A DNA stretch of 56,182 bases, filler included, from Limisphaerales bacterium (GTDB lineage: Bacteria > Verrucomicrobiota > Verrucomicrobiia > Limisphaerales > SIBE01), in NCBI GenBank assembly GCA_044225505.1. It is 5 parts of 5 records of this genome, joined end to end, with 100 filler letters (N's around TTAATTAATTAA, not from the genome) between each part and the next. Parts side by side here need not be neighbours in the genome. Positions count along the whole stretch, not along the records: positions 1 to 11,853 come from JBGAIN010000216.1; 4 more parts are not named here. The stretch is one strand, 5' to 3'. A model generated the notes under the pieces. That model saw only the letters and a program-made list of their open reading frames with translations. It made no database searches and had not been told where the DNA came from. A program made the translations under genes and the position numbers. Positions 1-9,297 of this stretch are shown here, in pieces; within the stretch, counting starts at the first letter, position 1, and the number at the start of each line of letters is the position of its first letter.

Positions 1-8
1 GGGCGACC

Positions 9-1058
9 TTGGACGTCAAGAAAGCGCGGGACCTTTTGGCCGCGTCGTCTTGGTTGGATTGGATTGGCCCTTGGATGCATCATATCACCGGAAGCAGTGC
101 GTGGGTGGAACTTCCATCAGGAAGCGCTCCTCTCGTGCAGTGGTTCTGGCACGAGCCCGAAAAAACAGTTCTCCCCGATGCTTCCACCGCTCTACTGGCG
201 GACACCGCCGTGCCGGAGAATGCCGAACCGCAATCGCCGCACGATCCTGGCGTTGCCGCACTGGCGGCGAGAATCGCGTGGCGCTATCCGTTTGCCCATT
301 CGGTTCAGGAAACGGCGAAAGTATCCGTATCGCGGATTCGCGCGGCTATAGTGGCCGAGAGTGACCTGGAAGTGGCGTCCTCTTGGCGAAATCCTGCGGT
401 CCCGCCCAGCGTCGGTCGTTCGGAGGGACTAACTCCGGCGGAGGTGGGCACGGCCCATCACCTTTTCCTGGAGCATGTTGACCTGAGCAGGGTGCAAAGT
501 CTGCAAGAGCTGACCAGCGAAGCCGAGCGTTTGTCGCACGAAGGGGTGCTCACCGAGACTGAGCGTAAAGCCATCAGTCTCTCAAACATCCTGGCTTTCT
601 GGGAGTCCGAGACCGGACGCCAGATTTTCGAACGCCAGGGTTGGGTTCATCGCGAAGTCCCGTTCACGGCGCGACTTCCCGTTTCTGAGATCCATCGCTT
701 CCAGCGGACCCCATCACCAAGCGCCGAGAGTTTCGCGAACCGCTCGCCCATCGCTTCCAACGCGCCGGCAGCGGTGGACGACGATTTCGTGATTTTGACG
801 GGTGTCGTCGATCTGGTTGTGCTGATGGAACGTGAGATTTGGATTTTAGATTTCAAGACTGACCAGGCGACGCTGGACGAATGGCCGTCAAAAGTCAGCG
901 CCTACGAACCGCAAATGCGGCTTTATGATTATGCGCTCAGCCGAATTTACGGCCGTCCGGTCACACGCTGCTGGTTGCACTCTCTTCCTCTTCGGCGGAC
1001 AACCATCGTGATATCGAGTTCGAATTTTGTGTCGCCAATTGCCTCGGCGCGAGGTTGA
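9..1058 (+). CDS. addA: AddA/RecB-family helicase-nuclease, C-terminal PD-(D/E)xK nuclease domain (5'-truncated at window start)
   Basis: VSVS, GTAHHLFLE, LTGVVDLV, ILDFKTD and YEPQMRLY match RecB-family nuclease motifs of AddA/UvrD C-termini. Confidence 0.8.
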   Translation: MDVKKARDLLAASSWLDWIGPWMHHITGSSAWVELPSGSAPLVQWFWHEPEKTVLPDASTALLADTAVPENAEPQSPHDPGVAALAARIAWRYPFAHSVQETAKVSVSRIRAAIVAESDLEVASSWRNPAVPPSVGRSEGLTPAEVGTAHHLFLEHVDLSRVQSLQELTSEAERLSHEGVLTETERKAISLSNILAFWESETGRQIFERQGWVHREVPFTARLPVSEIHRFQRTPSPSAESFANRSPIASNAPAAVDDDFVILTGVVDLVVLMEREIWILDFKTDQATLDEWPSKVSAYEPQMRLYDYALSRIYGRPVTRCWLHSLPLRRTTIVISSSNFVSPIASARG

Positions 1059-1094
1059 ATCCGGTCAGGCTCGTTGGTGGAACAAAGACCTAGT

Positions 1095-4000
1095 ATGAAG
1101 CGATCTCACCTCTTTATTACTGCTTGGCTGGCCGGATGGACCCTGGCCGCGAATGCGGCCGAGTTCAAGTTTCCAAACCAAACCTTGACCGTGCCAGACG
1201 GCTTCGAAGTGGAATTGGTGGCGGCTCCGCCCCTCACTGACCGTCCAATCACCGCGGATTTTGACGAATTAGGCCGCTTGTATGTGACGGACTCTTCTGG
1301 GTCGAACGACAAAGTCGACAAGCAACTCCAGGAAAAACCGCATCGCATCGTCCGTCTGGAAGATACCGACGGAGATGGCCGCTTTGATAAGAGCATCGTC
1401 TTTGCGGATAAAATGATGTTTCCCGAGGGGTGCCTCTGGTCGAAAGGTTCGCTCTACGTCTCTGCGCCGCCCAGCATTTGGAAGCTCACAGATACTGACG
1501 GCGATGGAATCGCGGATCGGCGTGAAGAATGGCTCCCGGCAAAAACTCTCACGGGTTGCGCCAACGACTTGCACGGCCCCTATGCCGGTCCGGATGGATG
1601 GATCTATTGGTGCAAGGGAGCTTGGGCAAGCCAGACCTACGACCGCGTAGGGCAACCGCCGTTTGTAACTCGGGCGGCCCATATCTTTCGAGCTCGACCG
1701 GATGGATCGGGAATTGAAGCTGTCCTCACGGGCGGGATGGACAACCCGGTTTCTGTTACGTTCACGCCTGCTGGAGAGCGCATTCTGACCGGGACGTTTT
1801 TTGTTCACCCGGGAGGTGGACAACGAGACGGCCTGATTCACGCGATTTATGGTGGGGTCTACGGCAAGGATCACGACGTTTTAAACGGGCACAAGCGCAC
1901 AGGCGACCTCATGCCAATCATGACTCACCATGGTCCGTCGGCGAGTTGTTTCGTTTGGTCTTATCAATCGAGCGCGTTCGGCCCGGAATATCGCGACAAC
2001 CTGTTCGCTTGCTTGTTCAACCTCCATAAAGTCGTGCGTCATGTCCTGGTGCCGGAGGGCGCGACGTTCACGACTCGCGACGAAGATTTTCTGGTCTCTG
2101 ACAATCCCGACTTTCATCCAACCGATTTGGTTGAGGATTCCGATGGGAGCCTGCTCGTTGTTGACACCGGCGGTTGGTATAAAATCTGTTGTCCAACGTC
2201 GCAGCTTTGGAAGCCCGATGTGCTCGGCGCAATTTATCGAGTCCGGCGGAGCGGAGCACCTAAGGTCGCTGACCCGCGCGGCCTTCGGATCGCTTGGGCA
2301 AAAGCGACGCCTGAGGAATTGACGGCATTGCTGACCGACGCGCGGCGGACAGTGCAACAGCGAGCCATGGACCAGCTGAGCCGCGGGGGAGCGGCAGCGG
2401 TCACCGCGTTGCAGCAGCAGTTGGGCTCGTCACCTGTGCAAGCGCTGCGTCGCCAGATCCTCTGGACGCTGACGCGCATGGAAGACGCCGGAGCGCGTGA
2501 GGCCGTCCGGCTAGGATTGAAGGATGCCGACGAAACCATCCGTCAAGTCGCCGCGCATTCGGTGAGCTTGTGGCGAGATCGTTTAGCACTTGAAGGCCTC
2601 TTGGCCTGTGTTACGACCGGACAACCACCGCTGCAGCGTGTGGCGGCGGAAGCGCTCGGCCGTCTGGGCGATTCCCGGGCGATTCCCACATTGATCAAGG
2701 CAGCTGGGCACGCCAACGATCGAGTGCTGGAACACTCGCTGACCTACGCGTTGATTGAAATCAATGATCCTGCCGCGACGCGACAGTCTCTAAGCCAATC
2801 GGCGTCGCCTCACGCCACGCGTGTGGGACTGATCGCGTTGGACCAGATGCCTAACGGAGAATTAAAGTCAGACAGCATCGTGCCGCTCTTGGCCTCCCGT
2901 GAGTCGATCGTAAAAGAAACGGCCTTCTGGATTGTCGGGCGCCATCCGGAGTGGGCGGCTGATCTGGCTACGTTCTTCGATGCTCGCATGCGTGCCACGG
3001 ATCTGACGGAGGCAGAAACTGCCCAGCTTGAAAAACAACTGAGCGACTTTGCCAAGGAGGCACCGGTGCAGAAACTCTTAACTCAAGCGGTCCAAGAAAA
3101 TGCGAGTTCGGGCCCTGCTCGGCTCATCGCATTGCATGCCATGGCTCGGTCGCATCTCAAAGAAATGCCGACTTCATGGATCGACGGGGTAGGGCAGGTT
3201 TTGAAGTCCGACCAGGGTGTATTGGTCGCCGCTGCGGTTGCGTGTGCTCGGGCATTGCCGATCGCGAAAGACAGTGCATTGGTTGCCAGCTTGCGCCAGG
3301 TAGCGGCCAATTCAAGCCAGCCGACGGAGACTCGATTGGGGGCGCTCGCAGCGCTCCCTGGGACACAAAACTCGATCGACGATCCCACATTCGATTTCTT
3401 GCGAGCGAACCTCGACCCGGCGAAGCCTGTAACTATTCGAAGCCTGGCGGCGGATATTTTGGCCAAGGCCCGACTGACCCGAGATCAACTCTCGAGCTTA
3501 ACCGAGGGGATCAAAGCCGTTGGACCCTTGGAATTACCAAAACTATTAGGGGCCTATGAAAAGGCCACGGACGAAGCGCTGGGAATGCAACTCTTGGCGG
3601 CTGTGAAAGCGTCGAGTGGTCTCGCTGGATTGCGTCCAGACTCGCTCCGGCCGCGCCTGACGAATTTTCCTGAGCGCGTGCAACAGGAAGGAGAGGGGAT
3701 AATCGCATCCCTGAACGTGGATGCGTCCAAGCAGCACGCCCGCTTAGATGAGTTGATGGCGACCTGTAAGAATGGTGACGTTCGCCGCGGACAAAGCGTT
3801 TTCAATAGTCAAAAAGCAGCCTGTGCAACGTGTCATGCGATCGGTTACCTGGGTGGGAATGTCGGGCCTGATCTGACGCGGATTGGTCAGATTCGAACGG
3901 AGCGTGATTTGCTTGAAGCGATTGTCTATCCGAGCGCCAGTTTTGTCCGCAGTTTTGAGCCGATGGTAGTCTCGACTAAAGGTGGCGACGATTACAGCGG

Positions 4001-4193
4001 CGTGGTGCGCAAAGATGCGCCCGACGAAATCGTGCTGGCGACGGGTCCGGGAGCGGAAGTGCGCGTCCCGCGATCGGATATTGCCGAGATGCGGCCGGGA
4101 ACAGTTTCGGTGATGCCCGGGGGATTGGAAGAACAGTTGAGTCGGCAGGAGCTGGCCGATCTCATTGCCTTCCTGCGCGCGACGCGTTGGTGA
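1095..4193 (+). CDS. PVC-type membrane-bound dehydrogenase-domain protein with HEAT repeats and C-terminal heme c (CxxCH) domain
   Basis: Signal peptide MKRSHLFITAWLAGWTLAANA; VPDGFEVELVAAPP, DTDGDGRFD, GPDGWIY and GMDNP motifs; HEAT-like helices; CATCH...VGPDLT...SVMP (TIGR02604/TIGR02603-like). Confidence 0.9.
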   Translation: MKRSHLFITAWLAGWTLAANAAEFKFPNQTLTVPDGFEVELVAAPPLTDRPITADFDELGRLYVTDSSGSNDKVDKQLQEKPHRIVRLEDTDGDGRFDKSIVFADKMMFPEGCLWSKGSLYVSAPPSIWKLTDTDGDGIADRREEWLPAKTLTGCANDLHGPYAGPDGWIYWCKGAWASQTYDRVGQPPFVTRAAHIFRARPDGSGIEAVLTGGMDNPVSVTFTPAGERILTGTFFVHPGGGQRDGLIHAIYGGVYGKDHDVLNGHKRTGDLMPIMTHHGPSASCFVWSYQSSAFGPEYRDNLFACLFNLHKVVRHVLVPEGATFTTRDEDFLVSDNPDFHPTDLVEDSDGSLLVVDTGGWYKICCPTSQLWKPDVLGAIYRVRRSGAPKVADPRGLRIAWAKATPEELTALLTDARRTVQQRAMDQLSRGGAAAVTALQQQLGSSPVQALRRQILWTLTRMEDAGAREAVRLGLKDADETIRQVAAHSVSLWRDRLALEGLLACVTTGQPPLQRVAAEALGRLGDSRAIPTLIKAAGHANDRVLEHSLTYALIEINDPAATRQSLSQSASPHATRVGLIALDQMPNGELKSDSIVPLLASRESIVKETAFWIVGRHPEWAADLATFFDARMRATDLTEAETAQLEKQLSDFAKEAPVQKLLTQAVQENASSGPARLIALHAMARSHLKEMPTSWIDGVGQVLKSDQGVLVAAAVACARALPIAKDSALVASLRQVAANSSQPTETRLGALAALPGTQNSIDDPTFDFLRANLDPAKPVTIRSLAADILAKARLTRDQLSSLTEGIKAVGPLELPKLLGAYEKATDEALGMQLLAAVKASSGLAGLRPDSLRPRLTNFPERVQQEGEGIIASLNVDASKQHARLDELMATCKNGDVRRGQSVFNSQKAACATCHAIGYLGGNVGPDLTRIGQIRTERDLLEAIVYPSASFVRSFEPMVVSTKGGDDYSGVVRKDAPDEIVLATGPGAEVRVPRSDIAEMRPGTVSVMPGGLEEQLSRQELADLIAFLRATRW

Positions 4194-4229
4194 AGGTGCC
4201 AGACCCGAAGTGTGGGGCGGATTGACCGT

Positions 4230-4258
4230 TTGACATCGGATTAAGCCGCAATTATAAC
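4230..4258 (+). promoter_or_regulatory. sigma70-type promoter of peroxiredoxin gene
   Basis: TTGACA (4230-4235), 17-bp spacer, TATAAC (4253-4258), about 40 bp upstream of ATG 4300. Confidence 0.75.
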
Positions 4259-4299
4259 CCACCCCGAAACGACGGAGTGAATTACAAACAACACGACCT

Positions 4300-4794
4300 A
4301 TGCCAATAACTGTTGGAACAAAAGCGCCGGATTTTGAGCTCAGCGCCAAAACGGCCGAAGGGCCAAAGAAGCTCAAGCTCAGCAACAACTTCGGGAAAAA
4401 GAACACTCTTCTCTTGTTCTTTCCGATGGCGTTCACCAGCGTCTGCACGAAAGAAATGTGTGACGTTAGCCAGGGCTTGAACGGCTATTCTGATTTGAAT
4501 GCCGAAGTCTATGGAATCAGCGGAGACAATCCGTTTGCCCAGGAAGCTTGGGCGCAAAAAGAAGGCATTAAAGTCACGCTGTTGAGTGACTATGAGCACC
4601 GCGTGGCGCAGGCCTACGGTGTCGCCTACGACAGTTTCCTGCCCCAGATCAATCTGGGAATGGGGGGCGTGCCCAAGCGCTCCGCTTTCGTCATCGATAA
4701 GCAAGGGGTGGTCCGCTACGCCGAATCGAGCGATGATCCGAAGCAATTACCGAACTTCAGCGCGATCAAAGAAACGCTGACCAAGTTGAAGTAA
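4300..4794 (+). CDS. Peroxiredoxin (AhpC/TSA redoxin family)
   Basis: VGTKAPDFEL; peroxidatic motif PMAFTSVC; GISGD; KRSAFVIDKQGVVRY. Confidence 0.9.
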   Translation: MPITVGTKAPDFELSAKTAEGPKKLKLSNNFGKKNTLLLFFPMAFTSVCTKEMCDVSQGLNGYSDLNAEVYGISGDNPFAQEAWAQKEGIKVTLLSDYEHRVAQAYGVAYDSFLPQINLGMGGVPKRSAFVIDKQGVVRYAESSDDPKQLPNFSAIKETLTKLK

Positions 4795-4975
4795 GGAAGA
4801 ATTCAATGAGTGCCGCGCCTGTGCGCGGTTCCCCAGTTTAAGCGCGGCTAAGCGCCAGCCTAGCCGCTGCTTTTCCTCTGGGGCCAGTTCCAGCCCGCGA
4901 GAGTTCAAACGAGGCGTCACCAGCTCGCTCCAGTTCTGTGCCGCAACGTCGCTCCTTCGATTGGAGATGACCGGC

Positions 4976-5455
4976 CTAAGGTGAAATTGCCAGCCGGTGG
5001 TCGCTCTGTTCGCGCGTCATGAGGACTCCTTGTTCCTTATACGGCTTGAGCATAAAGTGCGTGGCCGTCGAAATGACACCTTGAATCGTAGCCAATTTTT
5101 CGGAGACAAAACTGGCGACGTCTCGCAGATTGTGGCCTTCGACAACGACCAACAGGTCGTATCCACCTGACATCAGGTAGCACGAGATCACTTCGCCATA
5201 CTTGGCAATCCGTTCGGCCAAACGATCAAACCCGCCCCCACGCTCGGGAGTGATTTTGACCTCGATGACCGCTCGGACGGTCTCCAAACCGAGAGTCTCT
5301 TCATTCAAGATCGTCCGGTAACCTAGGATTATCTGTTCCGCTTCGTACTGTTTGATCTTAGCGGTCACCTCGGCTTCGGAAAGATTCAGCATCCGGCTTA
5401 TGTCCGCCGGCTTGAGCGAGGCGTTTTCCCGTAACAACTTCAACAAAGGATCCAT
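4976..5455 (-). CDS. Lrp/AsnC family transcriptional regulator
   Basis: N-terminal HTH (LLKLLRENA...ISRMLNLSEAEV); RAM domain YLMSGGYDL...STATHFMLKPYK; start taken at MDPLL. Confidence 0.9.
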   Translation of the reverse strand: MDPLLKLLRENASLKPADISRMLNLSEAEVTAKIKQYEAEQIILGYRTILNEETLGLETVRAVIEVKITPERGGGFDRLAERIAKYGEVISCYLMSGGYDLLVVVEGHNLRDVASFVSEKLATIQGVISTATHFMLKPYKEQGVLMTREQSDHRLAISP

Positions 5456-5518
5456 GAGCCGGACCTTAGTCAGGATTGATTCTCTTGAACATGTTTTTTT
5501 CACCCGTTAACGTTCTAC

Positions 5519-7015
5519 TTGACCATTGCCCAAGTCGCTCGCATTTTGCGCAGCGTGCGATGCATCGTTCTCCTTTCCCTTTTGGCTCTGCTCGGGGTTC
5601 TGCCTGGCGTGAAATCGGCCGAGCCGGAAAAGTCCGTCATCCAGATCACCACGTTCTCTCAGCAACCTTCCTGGGATGCACCATGGAGGTTTGATGCGGT
5701 CCGCCGGGCGGGCGGTTCTGGGTTTGTCATCCGGACAGCCCAGGGCAAACGAATCATGAGCAATGCTCACGTGGTGAGCTGGGACAAGCAAATCCTGGTT
5801 CGGCGATACCAGGATCCTCGCCCGTATGTCGCGATGGTCGAGTTCATTGGCTACGATTGCGACCTGGCGTTGCTGCGCGTCGAGGATGAATCGTTCTTTA
5901 ACGGAATGGAACCCCTTGGGTTTGGCGACCTGCCGAAGGTTCGATCCACCGTTATCACCTATGGTTCCGCGGGCGGCGAACAGATTTCTTACACGCGCGG
6001 CGTTGTCTCTCGAATTGAGATGCAGACCTATGTCCACATTGGAAATCGCAGCTTGCTAGGAGTGCAAACGGACGCCGCCATCAATCCTGGCAACAGCGGG
6101 GGACCTGTGATTCAGGACGACCTGGTCGTTGGTGTCGCGTTTCAAGGGGTTCAGGGTCTGGAGAACACTGGGTTTTTCATTCCACGGATGGTTATCGATC
6201 ATTTCATGAAGGACGTAGAGGACGGGAAGTATGATGGGTTTCCCCAGGCTGGGATGAGGCTAATGGCGTTGCAAAACCCGGCCTATCGGCGCTTTTTGAA
6301 GCTGCCGGAGAACGGGTTGGGAGCCCGCGTGGACAGTCTGTTGCCGCTTCCCAGCACGACCGGGGTGTTACAGGAGGAGGACGTGATTCTGCAGATCGGT
6401 CCGTATCCGTTAGGCAGTGACGGCACGATCCTTTATCAAGGCAATCGCGTTTTTGGCGCTCTGGCATTTCAGGAGGTCCAGCATGGACAAAAAGTCCCCT
6501 TGCGGGTTTGGCGTGGGGGCAAAGAGATCAGCGTGTCCCTTCCGGTCTTTTATTATGAAGGCGATCGCAACGTGGGTAACCAGTATGGAACGCTGCCGCG
6601 CTATTTTGTTTACGGCGGGCTCGTCTTCGTGCCTCTCAGTTTGGACTACATGAAAACCCTGGGAAGGAACTGGTCGGATCCAGTGAACGGGGATTTAGTC
6701 TACGAACTTTACTATCGCCGTCATGAATCGCCCGCGACCGCCCGGGCTGAACCGATTGTGTTGGCTTCGATCCTTGCCGATCCGATCAACGCCAACTTCA
6801 ACAATCGCGGACATAGCCTAGTCGATAAAGTGAACAACGTGCGAATCGAGAAACTGGAAGACCTCATTCGCGCTTTCGAAACCTCCACGAACACCTATCA
6901 CCTGGTTGAGTTTCTCCCGAACCACAGTTTCGATTGCTTGGAACGGGTTCCGGCAGAGAAATCGAATCCGAAAATACTGGAGACTTACGGGATTCCGCAG
7001 GACCGCCGGCTGTGA
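5519..7015 (+). CDS. Deg/HtrA-type trypsin-like serine protease with PDZ domains (plant Deg2-like), secreted
   Basis: GSGF, SNAHVV (His), DCDLALL (Asp), DAAINPGNSGGP (Ser); PDZ regions including YFVYGGLVFVPL; signal peptide. Confidence 0.9.
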   Translation: MTIAQVARILRSVRCIVLLSLLALLGVLPGVKSAEPEKSVIQITTFSQQPSWDAPWRFDAVRRAGGSGFVIRTAQGKRIMSNAHVVSWDKQILVRRYQDPRPYVAMVEFIGYDCDLALLRVEDESFFNGMEPLGFGDLPKVRSTVITYGSAGGEQISYTRGVVSRIEMQTYVHIGNRSLLGVQTDAAINPGNSGGPVIQDDLVVGVAFQGVQGLENTGFFIPRMVIDHFMKDVEDGKYDGFPQAGMRLMALQNPAYRRFLKLPENGLGARVDSLLPLPSTTGVLQEEDVILQIGPYPLGSDGTILYQGNRVFGALAFQEVQHGQKVPLRVWRGGKEISVSLPVFYYEGDRNVGNQYGTLPRYFVYGGLVFVPLSLDYMKTLGRNWSDPVNGDLVYELYYRRHESPATARAEPIVLASILADPINANFNNRGHSLVDKVNNVRIEKLEDLIRAFETSTNTYHLVEFLPNHSFDCLERVPAEKSNPKILETYGIPQDRRL

Positions 7016-7077
7016 AGGGTTGGTTTGACGCGTCGAGAAAAACTTTTGTGCACGAGATGAGGACAAGGATGACTGCG

Positions 7078-8587
7078 ATGAAAAAAGCTTTGGTGGCGCT
7101 TTTGTGGTTGGGGTTCATGGCGCCAGTAGTGTTTTCCGAGGAACCACGCGTCCAGGAGCCTTCGCCATGGGAGCGGTCCGTCGTGACGATAGATGCCACC
7201 CGGAAGCAATATGATTATCTCCAACCGTGGACCAAGCGGCTCAAGACGAGCCAAAAATCAGGGCTGATCCTGGATCAGCGACAAATCCTGACGACGGCCG
7301 ACGAGTTGTTCGATCGCACCCTCGTGCGAGTGCAACGTCAAGGTCGCGGGAAATGGTGGGCCGGAGAGTTGGTCTGGATCGATTACCACGCCAACCTGGC
7401 GTTGGTCTCTGTGGCCGATGAAGGCTTTTGGAAGGGACTCGTGCCAGCCAAGCTTTCCGAACCGACTCGGGGTGAAGGGGATTTTCAGATCGTGCGCTGG
7501 CGTCAGGGCCGTCTGGAAACCCGTCGTGCCGAGTTTAATCAGTTTACCTCGAACGAAGGTCGGCTGAGCTACGCACCCCATTTGCAGATGGAACTGATCT
7601 CGGAGATTCAAGGTTCAGGCTCGGCCGAGCCGCTTATCTCGAAAACAGAAGTGGAAGGGCTATTGTCCGGACAAGAAGGGAAATACCTGCACGGCCATCC
7701 CTTCATCCTTTTATTCGGTCGATCCTGGAGGCGCGCCGGAATGGCAGCTACAAAGGACTCGGATACTTCGATTTTGTTTGGCAACAGGCCGAGAATCCAG
7801 CGAGTCTCGCGTTCCTGAAGCTGGAGGGAGAACCGCGTGGCGTGCTAGTGATCAACATCCCCTTCACGCCTGGGGTAAAGCCAGTGCTCAAGGCGCGGGA
7901 TATCATTTTGAAGGTCGACGGGTTCGAGGTCGATATCCAAGGGGATTATCAAGATCCAGACTACGGCCCGCTCATTCTGGAAAACCTGGCGACGCGTCGG
8001 AAATGGGCCGGAGACGAGGTCAAACTTGAAATCGTCCGTGAAGGAAAAGTGCAGGAGGTTAGTTACACCTGCCTCGAGCGGATTACCGTTCCCAACTCGT
8101 TCCGGATGAGGTCTTCGACCAGGATCCGGAGTATCTCATTGTGGGAGGCTTTTTTCAGCCACTGACCGATGCGTTTCTGCATAGTTGGGGACCTGAATGG
8201 AAGCGCCGATCGCCTTTTCGCTTGTTTTACTTTAATAACGAACATCCTACCCCGGAACGTCCGGCGCTCGTCCTTCTCTCCCAGGTGTTGCCGGACATCT
8301 ACAACCTGGGTTATCAGGAGCTGAAATACCTGGTCGTTGATGAGGTGAATGGTCAGAAGATCAGTCGTTTGCCCGACCTGCGAGAAGCTCTCAAACATCC
8401 GGTGAACGGCTTCCACACGCTGCAATTCGTCCAGAGCGACTCGCTACGCCGCATGGTCCTTGCCGCAGACGACCAGGAGCCGGCGACCAAACGAGTACTC
8501 GCTCGCTATGGAATTACTCGCGAATATTTTTTCGCGGAGCCTACTTTGGAACCGAAGCTGGGTAGCTCCACAGCGAAGGTGCCCTAA
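7078..8587 (+). CDS. Deg2-like paralog lacking the catalytic triad; reading frame broken by three single-base homopolymer indels (about 7681, 7710 and 8068)
   Basis: Collinear with the upstream protease once frames are joined (GQEG/NTCTAIPSS/FIRSILEARRNGSYKGLGY...YT/LPRADY...YLIVGGFFQPL); triad positions read TTADEL, HANLAL, GSGSAEP. Confidence 0.75.
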
Positions 8588-8613
8588 GCTCTGTGCTGCC
8601 AGGGGCTCCGAGG

Positions 8614-9297
8614 ATGACTCCACTCTTGGACGTACGGAACTTGACGAAAACTTTCGTCAGCGGATCGTCTTCCTTGACGGTGGTGAACGACGTTAGCTTC
8701 TCGGTCGACACAGGCGCGACCTGCGCGATTATTGGTCCCTCCGGCAGCGGAAAGACGACGTTGCTTGGCTTATGCGCAGGGTTGGATCTCCCGAGCTCGG
8801 GGAGCGTCTCGTTGGCCGGGCATCGGCTCGATCAGATGAGTGAGGACGAGCGTGCGCTGTTGCGGAACCAATCGATTGGATTTGTCTTTCAGAACTTTCA
8901 ACTCATCCCTTCGTTGACGGCCCTTGAGAACGTCATGGTTCCCTTGGAGATTCACCGGTCTGGCTTCGTCCGTGACAAGGGAGTGGCGCTGTTGCAAAAG
9001 GTTGGACTTGGCGAGCGACTGACGCACTATCCGGTGCAGCTTTCCGGCGGCGAACAGCAGCGTGTCGCTTTGGCGCGGGCGTTCATCAATGAACCCAAAG
9101 TGTTGTTTGCGGACGAGCCGACGGGCAACTTGGATGCCGAAACCGGGCATACGATCGTGGAGACGCTGTTTGAAATGAATGCCGCTTTCGGCACGACACT
9201 TATTCTGATCACACATGATCCCGAGTTGGCCCGGCGCACACGATCCGTCCTTACGATGAAAGGCGGTCGCCTGGTGTCCGTGGAACGATTGAGCTAA
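8614..9297 (+). CDS. ABC transporter ATP-binding protein (YbbA/LolD-like)
   Basis: Walker A GPSGSGKT, LSGGEQQRVALARA, Walker B FADEPTGNLD, ITHD. Confidence 0.92.
   Translation: MTPLLDVRNLTKTFVSGSSSLTVVNDVSFSVDTGATCAIIGPSGSGKTTLLGLCAGLDLPSSGSVSLAGHRLDQMSEDERALLRNQSIGFVFQNFQLIPSLTALENVMVPLEIHRSGFVRDKGVALLQKVGLGERLTHYPVQLSGGEQQRVALARAFINEPKVLFADEPTGNLDAETGHTIVETLFEMNAAFGTTLILITHDPELARRTRSVLTMKGGRLVSVERLS

Noticed and set aside
7676..8070. Programmed frameshifting or true pseudogene in the Deg paralog
   Set aside because: All three indels are in short homopolymers, and the neighbouring gene also looks contracted (YGSAGG where G[FY]PxGG is expected); sequencing error is more parsimonious, though unproven
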